A stretch of 64,000 nucleotides of DNA, taken from NCBI GenBank assembly GCA_000182565.2, contig KQ257457.1, one strand, 5' to 3'. The notes under the pieces are model-generated. The model did no database searches and was not told where the DNA came from. It saw only the letters and a list, made by a program, of their open reading frames with translations. The stretch comes from Spizellomyces punctatus DAOM BR117 (taxonomy: Eukaryota). Positions 9,424-19,500 of this stretch are shown piece by piece (within the stretch, counting starts at the first letter, position 1; every line of letters begins with the position of its first letter). The position numbers and the translations under genes were made by a program.

Positions 9424-10764
9424 ATGGTCTCCGCTCGTCCTTCAACTAGTAGTCATCATCAATTACCAGCAGATTACCTGGATGCGATTAATTCAGCGGT
9501 AGAAAGCGATACCAAGAAAGACTATATGCATGCTTTAAAAAAGCTTGTGAAATATTGGGAAGAGAATTGGGAAGAATATTGGCCTAGCAGCGATGACGGG
9601 TCTACGGAAAACATTACGAAGTTCTTCAAGACAATTGGGGATAAATACATCGTCCCGCAAAACCAACGAAACCCAGAAAAACCATCAAAGCGCGGTGATG
9701 ATCCAAAAACTGCAAATAAAAAGTTTACAGTTGACGAACTTGTGGAATTGTTGAAAAATGCAAATGAAGTTAAACGCCCTCTGTGCGGTAGTTCTTATAA
9801 TACGAACTCGGCCCTTAACAAGTTCATTTCAAGATTTACGAGTGGAAAGGTTGAAGAAGATAAGATCAAAGAATTCGATATGAGATTGACGAATACCAGC
9901 CAGCGTTTTGTGGAAATGAGCTTAAAATTACGGTGTGAGTATGGCAAGACATTACCAGCTCGAAGTGAGAATGGAAATCAACAGAGCGAATATGGGACGT
10001 ATTGCAGAAAATTAGCCACTCTGTATGAGGCGTTTGGGGAACTTATCGTCTCTGTGAAAAAATTACATAAACAAACGAGGCTATTTCGAACAGATTATCG
10101 TGTACTGGACAAAGTCATTGGACGAAAAGAGGAAATCCTTCAACATCGGGACAACAACGGTTCCTCTGAGGAACATCATGACAACAACGGTTCCCCTGAG
10201 GAACATCAGGACAACAACGGTCCCTCCGAGGATGTCCCTCAACATGACAACAACGGTCCCTCTGAGGATCGGGACAACAACGGTCCCTCTGAGGATCGGG
10301 ACAACAACGGTTCCTCTGAGGTGGATGTCCCTCAACATGACAACAACGGTTCCTCTGAGGATGTCCCTCAACATGACAACAACGGATCCTCTGAGGAACA
10401 TCAGGACAACAACGGTTCCTCTGAGGATGTCCCTCAACATGACAACAACGGATCCTCCGAGGAGGGTACAAACCGGAAGGCTCCTCAACAGCCGTCCACG
10501 GGTACAAAGCGGAAGGCTCCCCTCAAAAGGCAAGATAAACCTAGCAAAAAATCTTCCACGTATAAAATACCTTTCGGCCGTGTACTCGAATGCAACCTCT
10601 GTAAGGAGGGCTTCAGCACTCATGGAAGGTTTCAAACACACATGTTAAAGAAGCATAGTGTGGCTACCTGTGACACCGATTTCCCTACCTATGAAAAAGA
10701 GGACAGTATCACGATGGAAATGGTTGCCTATGAAAATGGAGATCTTATCGAGACGGCGCTGTAA
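9424..10764 (+). CDS. Viral protein with acidic tandem repeats, NLS and C2H2 zinc finger (candidate regulator)
   Basis: Long ORF with 10x DNNG(S/P)SE repeats, RKAP/KRKAP, and CNLC-x12-HMLKKH. Confidence 0.7.
   Translation: MVSARPSTSSHHQLPADYLDAINSAVESDTKKDYMHALKKLVKYWEENWEEYWPSSDDGSTENITKFFKTIGDKYIVPQNQRNPEKPSKRGDDPKTANKKFTVDELVELLKNANEVKRPLCGSSYNTNSALNKFISRFTSGKVEEDKIKEFDMRLTNTSQRFVEMSLKLRCEYGKTLPARSENGNQQSEYGTYCRKLATLYEAFGELIVSVKKLHKQTRLFRTDYRVLDKVIGRKEEILQHRDNNGSSEEHHDNNGSPEEHQDNNGPSEDVPQHDNNGPSEDRDNNGPSEDRDNNGSSEVDVPQHDNNGSSEDVPQHDNNGSSEEHQDNNGSSEDVPQHDNNGSSEEGTNRKAPQQPSTGTKRKAPLKRQDKPSKKSSTYKIPFGRVLECNLCKEGFSTHGRFQTHMLKKHSVATCDTDFPTYEKEDSITMEMVAYENGDLIETAL
10141..10462 (+). repeat. In-frame coding minisatellite, 10 copies of GACAACAACGG core
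   Basis: Unit lengths 27/30/36/39 bp, all multiples of 3. Confidence 0.95.
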
Positions 10765-10776
10765 GGCGCTTCACCA

Positions 10777-11028
10777 TCAATCATCATCACTGTTATATAC
10801 GACAGTCTTTCTCTTTTTGAATGATTTTTTGTATTTCTCTTTGAGTTCATCAACGGATATTAGTTTCTGGAGATAACTCTTAGCATCTTTGCTGAATGCT
10901 TCCACTTGCAGCACATCATTCACAAAGTCTCTTTTCTGGTCCAACGACCCTATCTTTTCATAGGTTTCCACTAGCATGCTTGTTAACCCGTCCTCCGATG
11001 TTTCCTCTGGAAAGTACACTTTGCGCAT
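10777..11028 (-). CDS. Small hypothetical viral protein
   Basis: 83-aa ORF. ETYEKIGSLDQKRDFV resembles ETYHQMQDKSERESFV in the neighbouring ORF, so the two may be paralogs. Confidence 0.5.
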   Translation of the reverse strand: MRKVYFPEETSEDGLTSMLVETYEKIGSLDQKRDFVNDVLQVEAFSKDAKSYLQKLISVDELKEKYKKSFKKRKTVVYNSDDD

Positions 11029-11074
11029 TTACCTTTTGACATGAAAAAAACAAATGTTTCATCCGCAGTTCTAT

Positions 11075-11431
11075 TCAACACACAACAACCTCAATATCCA
11101 TAGAACTAGATAGACTCTTAGTACAATGAAGGATTAAGTCTAATTGTTCGACAACAAATGATTCCCTTTCACTCTTATCCTGCATTTGATGATATGTTTC
11201 TATAGTGGTAGATAGTAAGAGAATCATACCAGGCCAACTAGTTTCAAAATGTGTAGGATATTCGAAAATATGTTGAGCCGCCCATGAAATTGGCAGAAGT
11301 GCAGCCGTGAGACGTTCTTCATCATTATCCGCAGCGCCCGCAACTATTCCATCTATCGCTCGGTGAATCACCTGGGAATAAAAAACACATCGGAATTGCT
11401 TTGCATTTTCAGGTTCTTGGTCAGACGACAT
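11075..11431 (-). CDS. Small hypothetical viral protein
   Basis: 118-aa ATG ORF tightly packed between neighbours. Confidence 0.5.
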   Translation of the reverse strand: MSSDQEPENAKQFRCVFYSQVIHRAIDGIVAGAADNDEERLTAALLPISWAAQHIFEYPTHFETSWPGMILLLSTTIETYHQMQDKSERESFVVEQLDLILHCTKSLSSSMDIEVVVC

Positions 11432-11600
11432 TATACAATACTGTCAAAATGTGAAGGTTAAGATACTTTATATAATAATGACTCTTTACATCATTGTTCT
11501 ACATCATGTAGCTAATTTGATGTAGTAGTTGATGTGTGTCCATTCTTATAAAAAGCTAGTATTTGCTTCCAGAGCTTCTGCATTCAAACACAATCGAAAC

Positions 11601-11942
11601 ATGTCTTTCCCAGTTACTCCAAAGCGTGAACACTTTGCTAATTGCATCATGCTCTTCAAGACGGACACGTTGATGGCAATGGATAAGCGAGGAAGGTGCA
11701 TCCATATCAACACTTCCAACTTTCCTGAAGTTCGCCATATTATGAATGATGAAGATTTGTTTCGCATCTTTGTTCATAACAAAACCAAAAGGAGCGCGGG
11801 GGAAAAGAATCGGATTTGCCCTGTTTGTTCATGCAACTATGATATTCCTGACCTACTCAAAACAGCAACGGAAAAGGAGATGGCTCTCTCCGGTGTTTGT
11901 AGTGATGCCTGCTGGGATACAGCGACGAAATTCGATGACTAA
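11601..11942 (+). CDS. Small Cys-rich (putative Zn-binding) protein
   Basis: CPVC...E..LSGVCSDAC. Confidence 0.5.
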   Translation: MSFPVTPKREHFANCIMLFKTDTLMAMDKRGRCIHINTSNFPEVRHIMNDEDLFRIFVHNKTKRSAGEKNRICPVCSCNYDIPDLLKTATEKEMALSGVCSDACWDTATKFDD

Positions 11943-11961
11943 GATAGAAGTGAATGTGAGC

Positions 11962-12341
11962 CGGGGGCGTGGGGGGCATGTGGGGGGCATGTGGGGGGCC
12001 TGTTTTTTTTTACTCGATGTATGAAGAGAGCTATGAAAAAAGAGAGAATATATGGAGTAGATATATGTAGTATAATTCATTGTTTTTTAGGGGGGGCTTG
12101 GGGGGCCTGTTTTTTCGAAAGTAGATTGTTTGGAATGAAAAAAGCAGAGTAAAAAACAACAAACACGTTATTCCTATTTTTACTTTAGTAGAACATCTCT
12201 GTAGACCCCAAATGTCCAAAAAACAGGCCCCCCAGGCCCCCCTTTTTATCACTCGATAAGTTGACTCGACGGGGGTTAGCTGCTAAATCATATATGGAGA
12301 GGCATGGAGTAAAAAAACAGGCCCCCCAAACAGGCCCCCCC
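11962..12341. repeat. Nested inverted repeats of GGGGGGCCTGTTTTTT with G-tract cluster
   Basis: Forward copies at ~11993 and ~12099; reverse copies at ~12218, ~12310 and ~12328. Confidence 0.85.
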
Positions 12342-12751
12342 TAATTTTAGTATATGCGGAATCGAGTCACCATTCACTTTCATTTACACCGTCTGACTCC
12401 ACACTTATGAAGGACAGCGCTCCCTTCGGAGCGCGCTGAGCGCAGGCTCAAGCGAGGACGCGTAGTGTGGCCATTGAATGTTCCTTTACTTTCGCCGTAG
12501 GCGACCTCGGAAACCAAAGCTGTATTTAAAGAATTACGATCAAGATTGGCTAACTGAAGCTGAGTCATGATCGGGGGACTAACATGTCTGGGACATGGCA
12601 AATCACATGAATTGCTTTGCAAAGTGAATCTATCGATAGTTGATTACCATATTAGGAAGGTGCATCACGTGAGTCGTACGCGTAGTAATCTGCTGATGTA
12701 AAGTGGGAAAAGCAACTATCAATAGCAAGTCCAAGTTTTTGCATAAAGTCG

Positions 12752-13240
12752 ATGGTTCAATGTCCCTCCCCTGCCCACCAAAACAATTACGATTACGAGC
12801 GATTCACACGGCATCGATTAACCATGGACAGCGCTCCTTCGAGCGCGCTGAGTCGCCTTGCGGCTCAGAAATTGATAAGGAGAGCTAGTGGAGAGGAGCT
12901 GTTTGACATTAAGAGATTCTACCAACTAACGGTTGACAACGAGAAGTACCAAAAGATAGTAACAGGGAATCGACGGAGTAAGGAGGCGATTGAAAGGAAG
13001 ATGGTGGACTTAGGTATCCGGTCAATCATTGGTGAAGATGGCTCGAATATGTATGTGGCATCGCTAGTAGAGGAGAAGTTGGGGGCGCTTACAAACGATA
13101 TCAAGAAGGAGCTAATGAATGCCGGATACACGGAAGACCAGGTGACACAGATTTCCGCCATCTATCGCATGCAACGGAATGTATTGAGACTGAAGGTGTC
13201 GTGTGTATCAGTAACTGAAGGAGGATTCGAAAGCACATGA
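12752..13240 (+). CDS. Hypothetical protein, last gene of element A
   Basis: 162-aa ORF (alternative start 12824). Confidence 0.55.
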   Translation: MVQCPSPAHQNNYDYERFTRHRLTMDSAPSSALSRLAAQKLIRRASGEELFDIKRFYQLTVDNEKYQKIVTGNRRSKEAIERKMVDLGIRSIIGEDGSNMYVASLVEEKLGALTNDIKKELMNAGYTEDQVTQISAIYRMQRNVLRLKVSCVSVTEGGFEST

Positions 13241-13384
13241 TGGGGCAATCATGGAAAAAATGCTGGCAAAGTATGAAGGGAAAAAACTATTCGAAATTGG
13301 TGTGTTCGAGATGGGGTCCGAGTGGTTAGAACCACGTTTGAGTTAAATTGACACGGCGTTTAAATATGGAGTGGGCGTTTAAAT

Positions 13385-13509
13385 ATAATAAGCCGGGCTG
13401 ATGTAATATATAATAAGCCGGGTATATAGAATAATAAGCCAGCTTATAATCATAAATAAGCCGGCTGATACAGTGCAGATAAGCCGTACGGCTTATCTGC
13501 ACTGTATCA
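13385..13509. repeat. Subterminal ATAAGCC(G) repeats ending in a perfect 44-bp palindrome (13466-13509)
   Basis: TGATACAGTGCAGATAAGCCGTACGGCTTATCTGCACTGTATCA equals its own reverse complement; four ATAAGCC copies lie upstream. Confidence 0.95.
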
Positions 13510-15078
13510 ACGTCCCTTGACATGACAACTTGGTTCATTTCAGGTACCCACAGTCTGTAGGCCTTACTCTGAGTGCTGTAGCCGACCATGACTGCCTTCT
13601 TGGCCTTCTCATCAAGTTTTGACCGCTTTTCCTTTGGAATATGAGTGTAGGCCATGCAGCCAAACACTCTGAGATGCTGGAGATCTGGTTTACCGCCTGT
13701 AAACTCTTGGAATGGTGTGGATTGGTTGCTGAGTGCTGCAGTGGGGCTCCTGTTCCTGAGATAGACCGCTGTCATGATTGCCTCGCCCCAGAACTTGTAG
13801 CTGAGTCCACTGTGGTGCAGCATGCACCTTCCCATTTCCACCAGCGTTCTGTTCATCCTCTCAGCAACACCATTCTGCTCTGGTGTGTAGGGGGTGCTGA
13901 ATTGCTGCTGAATTCCCTTCTGCTTGCAGAATTTCTTGAATTCTTCGCCCACATACTCTCCCCCATTGTCTGATCTGAGAGTTTTGATCTTCTGCCCCGT
14001 GAAGTTGGTTGCCCAGGCCTCAAACTCCTTGAATTTGCTGAGAACCTCACTCTTCTCCTTCAGAAGATAAACTGCCGTCATCCTTGACTTGTCATCAATG
14101 AATGTGACAAAGTACTTTGCCCCACCATGACTTGGTGTCTTCATGGGCCCACACACATCACTGTGAACCACCCCCAGCAGTAGAGCTGCTCTAGCTGCTT
14201 CTCCCTTTGGAAAGGGACGCCTGGTGATCTTTCCAATGGCACAGGCTTCACACGGTGATGTTTCTGCGTGATTCTTGACCTCCAGACCGCTTCCCAGCTG
14301 GTTCCTAGCCAAGATTTTGATGCTGTTGACGTTCAGGTGTCCTAACCTGCGATGCCAGAGGTCCAAACTCATTCCAGAGGCTATGTTTGCATGTTCTCTT
14401 GCATGAAACATGTATAGACCGCCACCTAGAGTTCCCTGGATTGCTTCCTGACCGTCTGAAGTCTTGATACAGCATCCCTTGCTGCCAAACTCAACTTTGG
14501 CACCATTTTCAGTGGCTCTTCTTACTGAAAACAAGTTCTTTTCAAGCTTGGGAACAAACCACACGTCTCTGAGGGTACAGAATCAGTTTCTGCCTGTCTC
14601 AAGTGTGATCTGGCCCTTCCCTATTGCCTGAACTGTTCTGTTGTCTGCCAGATGGACTTGAATTGGTGACATCTCTGTGTAATTGGTCATCCAATCCTTC
14701 CTGTGTGACATGTGCTGTGAGCCACCCGAGTCCACAATCCACCAGACTGCTCCCTGAGAGGTTTTGGTGTCCTTTCCTGACTGAGCAAAGAATAGGAACT
14801 CATTCTGAGTTGCCTGACTGGTGCTGGCTTGATTGGCTTGTTGTTTGGTGTCCGCCAGAAACTTCCTGCAGTCCTTCTTGAAGTGACCCTTCTTGTTGCA
14901 ATAGAAGCACTTCCCTGCTATCTTCTTGGTCCCACCATGCTTGCCAACCTTCTGCCCACCATCCCTGCTGAAAAAGGCCTTCCCTTTGCTATCTCCTTCA
15001 CCCCCAGCTTCCTTCCTGCGTGTTTCTTCATGCAAAAGCCGTGATGTGAGGAATTCCAGCGTCAGAGAATCACTCCTG
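13510..15078 (-). pseudogene. Ty1/Copia gag(C-term)-protease-integrase, truncated at SRDV
   Basis: Zn knuckle CFYCNKKGHFKKDC, protease WIVDSGGSQHM, LWHRRLGH..CEAC, and D-D-E motifs VHSDVCGP/RSDNGGEY/QNGVAER. In-frame TGA at 14583-14585. Confidence 0.95.
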
Positions 15079-15465
15079 ACTACAAAGTGAGGCACTTTGA
15101 GACAATTTCATCAAAAATATTCCCAGGGAAAAAGTGCCACAGGATAAAACCAATGGTAAAAATTGGAAGCTTATGGAAAGTAAAAAATTATGTAGAGACA
15201 TGTAGGGATGAGAATTGTCCCCATTTTCCTAGCAAGATTGCAAAAAGAATAGAAATATCCACATGTTTAAATGGCAACATTGGTTTCCTTGTTTACACAA
15301 AAATCCACAGAAGATGTAGGCAACTCAGGCGTCAGAACTCATCCCATCTCAACATTACCTTCGAGGCATACCAGCCGGGATTGGCCGCTCCACGCCCGGC
15401 ATGCCTGCTGGCATCCTCATGTCCGTTCTTCAAATGGACTACATCTGCGCCGGCATCTTCCACCG
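15079..15465 (+). repeat. Left terminal inverted repeat of element B
   Basis: Reverse complement of 36073-36459 with about 6 mismatches. Confidence 0.95.
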
Positions 15466-16539
15466 AGGAATTTCTATGTGTGAAAATGTACCCTTCGGAC
15501 GAACTTTTAACTTTTTCTGCTGTAATCTTGTTTTAGTAGGTCGTGTTTGTACAGGCTCCAACTGACAAATTTCTTTGCAAACTTCTTTTTGTGTTCTAGT
15601 CAATTTTACTGGTCGATGACCTGGTTTCTCGGTAATCGGTGCATTGGTTTTCTGTAATTCATAGTATTTGAAATGCTGGTCTATTTCTTTACCATTGGCG
15701 TATGCTACTACGAATTGATAGCCATCGACACTGACTATATGGTATACATCATCAGACCATTTTGCCTCATATCCTTTTTTGAAAATATCCCATTTGAGTA
15801 ATATTCTTACATGGTCGCCAATGTCAAACTTCTTGAAATCACTTACAGCCTTGCTATTATCGCGCACATAATCACCATCAGCAACATCGACAGGTGCCTT
15901 TTTCAATAGACTGTGATATGAAGTATTGTAGTTCATAACAAGGTCAGGAAGAGCATCTATGTAGCGCTTAGTTTTAAATATGGTCATGTATCTGGAGATA
16001 ACACTTTTCAGTGTGCGATTAAACCTTTCGACCAGACCCATATGGTTATGGTCAGCAACTTCAGCCATGTAATGGTTTATACCATACTTATTGAGCAATT
16101 GCTCAAAAACAATGTTGTTGTACTCTGAACCCCTATCAGTCGTGATATTTTTAGGACGCCGCCTAGCGAGTAACTTTGTAAAACAATCAGCAATATTTTC
16201 TCTGGTTTTATTCTTGAGAGGAAAAACAAAGGCATAACAAGAGTACACATCTACAATACATAACAGATAATGGTAACCATTGTTGTAGGTAGCATATTTC
16301 TGCATGTCGCACAAATCCGATTGCCATATGTGATCAACACCATTGGCTGTTATATGCATGTAGTTAGGCTTGACAAGAGGTTTGTGTACTTGTTGCACAT
16401 GCTGACTGTCGATGAATGTCTTTATATCCTTTCTGGAAATACCCTGATCCTTGAGTCTCTGGTAGAGCTTTTCTACGCTCTGAAGTCCAGTCTTGGGATC
16501 ATAGTAAACTTTCTTGATTAGTTCGGTTTTTGTCCCCAT
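15439..16539 (-). CDS. Polinton-type RVE (retroviral-like) integrase
   Basis: WQSDLCDM, CIVDVYS, TTDRGSEY, GLVERFNRTLK, YNTSYHS, FDIGDHVRI, FKKGYEAKWS. Confidence 0.93.
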   Translation of the reverse strand: MGTKTELIKKVYYDPKTGLQSVEKLYQRLKDQGISRKDIKTFIDSQHVQQVHKPLVKPNYMHITANGVDHIWQSDLCDMQKYATYNNGYHYLLCIVDVYSCYAFVFPLKNKTRENIADCFTKLLARRRPKNITTDRGSEYNNIVFEQLLNKYGINHYMAEVADHNHMGLVERFNRTLKSVISRYMTIFKTKRYIDALPDLVMNYNTSYHSLLKKAPVDVADGDYVRDNSKAVSDFKKFDIGDHVRILLKWDIFKKGYEAKWSDDVYHIVSVDGYQFVVAYANGKEIDQHFKYYELQKTNAPITEKPGHRPVKLTRTQKEVCKEICQLEPVQTRPTKTRLQQKKLKVRPKGTFSHIEIPRWKMPAQM

Positions 16540-16540
16540 T

Positions 16541-19500
16541 TTAAAAACCGAAAGGAAGTGTCTCTATGACCTTAGACTCAGAGTTAAATTCTTGAACCAC
16601 ACGTTTGTCGTAGACAAACTTGTACTTTTTGCTGGGTGAGTTATTTTTTTCTGGTATGATGATCTTTGTCTTGTTACGCACACTGTGTGTTTTACTAATG
16701 TTGATTTCGCTAAAGTTAAAATTAACACAACTCTCTTTCTCAATCCCTTCATCATCAATGTACCTAGGGTTAAATACTATATCCTTCATAGACTCATGTC
16801 CAAGATTGAGTCCATTTTCATATGAAAGTGCAAAGCCTTTACAGACCGTCTTTGCTCTACCCGTTTTGTTGAGAATGTAAGAGTAATTCTTAGCGCCACC
16901 TGAAACAAATTCTACAATATGGTCGCCTTTCAATTCATCTGTCAGGTCTCCAAGATAATTACCATAGGGCAAAGTCTTTTCAGTTGATCCTATATCATCA
17001 TCAACATATATAATAGAATCAGTATCATAGTACAACACCTTTTCCCCTACAGTATCCAGAACACTGTAAAGTTTACAACGAGCCAAAGCGGTAGTGTATG
17101 CAGCAATGAAAATACTAGTATTCTTGTCATCACGAACAGCAGNNNNNNNNNNNNNNNNNNNNNNNNNNNNNNNNNNNNNNNNNNNNNNNNNNNNNNNNNN
17201 NNNNNNNNNNNNNNNNNNNNNNNNNNNNNNNNNNNNNNNNNNNNNNNNNNNNNNNNNNNNNNNNNNNNNNNNNNNNNNNNNNNNTAGACAATTTTGGCTG
17301 GATCAAGACGAATACCTTGCTTGCTTTCATAGTCGTCAATATACTTTTTTCTGTCGTCATCATTTTTACACCATTTAGGGTACCCTGATGCTTCCTGCTT
17401 GATTTTGAGAAATGTGAAGATGTAATCTTTGAAAAGATCAGATCCCGTATTTTCGAAATGAAGAACCTCATAAACTTGAGAAATGACATAGCCCTTTGAA
17501 AGTGCTAACTTCACTTCCGGAATGCACCAAGTCCCAACAAAAGCCCTCTGTTCAACAGAGTGGCAACAAACAGAGATTCCTTTTTCAGCACAATCATTAC
17601 AAAGAACAAACATGGTCTTGTTGTTAATCTTAGCAGGAAGTACAGGGTGATATAACCCACGAGGGGGTCCTATTCGACACTTGATGAAACCATTGTAGTT
17701 CAGTTGGCCATCAAAGTTGTTAAGAATCCTTGTGGGGAACGAGTAGCAGGGGTACTCTCCAAAAGCGTTTACCCAAGGATACTGTGATGTAAAATCGCAG
17801 TATTTCACTCTTTCCTTCTCAGAACATTTGTAGTAAAGTTTGCTGGCATTTGTTCTACCGCCAAAAAATGCGTTACGAGGATCTAGAGGTCGGATATATT
17901 CAATGTCGAGGTCTTTACTCATAACATAATCACATATCTTCTTGTTTGAGTCATATTCACACTCTGAGATCGAGACATAATTGTAACCTAGAGCAATCAA
18001 TTCTTCATGCTTATTATCGGTATATCGTCTCAAAGACTTATAAGGGACACCACGATAATTAACGGCATCATTGTCTTTGCATTGTTTACACCCATGGAAT
18101 TCACAACCATTAAATTCATACACAGTATTTGTCGAAGGAGAATAGCCATCAGCATAGAATTTTTTCCCATTTAATCGGTCAATCCATTTCTCTCCACCAC
18201 ATAGAACATGTTGCATATCCGGAACGCCATTATCGCGTAGATATTCGAGCCACTGGACAGCCTTGTCTGAATGACGCCGCATTCCTTCTTCATGATGTGT
18301 GGGTATGCTTTCTTCAGGCATGAACATATGCCTGTAAGTCCCCATACATGCCGATGCTATGGTTTTATAAGCCCAAGGATCAATTTCACCATCAGTTGCT
18401 ACAAGGAATTGCTCTCGGAACAATTTCACGGCCGCTGCTAGAATATCGACATCATTCTTGCAGTATTCAACAAGTTCCTTAGTGTAATCAAAAACATACC
18501 TACCCTTCATGCATTCGCGTAGGGTTTTCTTGTACCAGCGTCGTGCATCAGCGCGTTTATCATAGGGCATACTGTCGAATCGGAAATCATCCAAAGACAG
18601 TAAAACGCCTTTATAATCATTTGAACATTTGAACCAATGTGGAAAGTAACCCTTACAAACATGTTCCTCTAATCCAAACATGGAAGGCAACTTTGACAGT
18701 CCCATAGGCAAAATGACATGCTATCAATGAACCGGATGTTGAACTTGGGCAGCANNNNNNNNNNNNNNNNNNNNNNNNNNNNNNNNNNNNNNNNNNNNNN
18801 NNNNNNNNNNNNNNNNNNNNNNNNNNNNNNNNNNNNNNNNNNNNNNNNNNNNNNNNNNNNNNNNNNNNNNNNNNNNNNNNNNNNNNNNNNNNNNNNNNNN
18901 NNNNNNNNNNNNNNNNNNNNNNNNNNNNNNNNNNNNNNNNNNNNNNNNNNNNNNNNNNNNNNNNNNNNNNNNNNNNNNNNNNNNNNNNNNNNNNNNNNNN
19001 NNNNNNNNNNNNNNNNNNNNNNNNNNNNNNNNNNNNNNNNNNNNNNNNNNNNNNNNNNNNNNNNNNNNNNNNNNNNNNNNNNNNNNNNNNNNNNNNNNNN
19101 NNNNNNNNNNNNNNNNNNNNNNNNNNNNNNNNNNNNNNNNNNNNNNNNNNNNNNNNNNNNNNNNNNNNNNNNNNNNNNNNNNNNNNNNNNNNNNNNNNNN
19201 NNNNNNNNNNNNNNNNNNNNNNNNNNNNNNNNNNNNNNNNNNNNNNNNNNNNNNNNNNNNNNNNNNNNNNNNNNNNNNNNNNNNNNNNNNNNNNNNNNNN
19301 NNNNNNNNNNNNNNNNNNNNNNNNNNNNNNNNNNNNNNNNNNNNNNNNNNNNNNNNNNNNNNNNNNNNNNNNNNNNNNNNNNNNNNNNNNNNNNNNNNNN
19401 NNNNNNNNNNNNNNNNNNNNNNAAATGATCCCCTTTACGTAGGATAGTAGCAGGTTTCTCATCGTATCGCTCGTTGTTAACACCTTTGACCATAAGAGGC

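Larger units (their letters stand above)
1..13509. mobile_element. Element A: endogenous Polinton-like virus (left end outside window)
   Basis: Intronless compact cluster with MCP-like, minor-capsid-like, A32/FtsK ATPase and fibre genes. The right end is a 44-bp palindrome abutting a truncated Copia integrase. No polymerase or integrase is seen in the visible part. Confidence 0.8.

Noticed and set aside
10081-10648. Three extra ORFs over the minisatellite
   Set aside because: Shadow frames of a stop-free repeat inside the 9424-10764 gene
15087-15536. ORFs duplicated at 35972-36556
   Set aside because: Read-through of the TIRs with no protein features
17047-17290. Apparent pPolB frameshift
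   Set aside because: The frame change coincides with an N gap of estimated length; NTSIFIAAYTTALAR is continuous with the 16541 ORF
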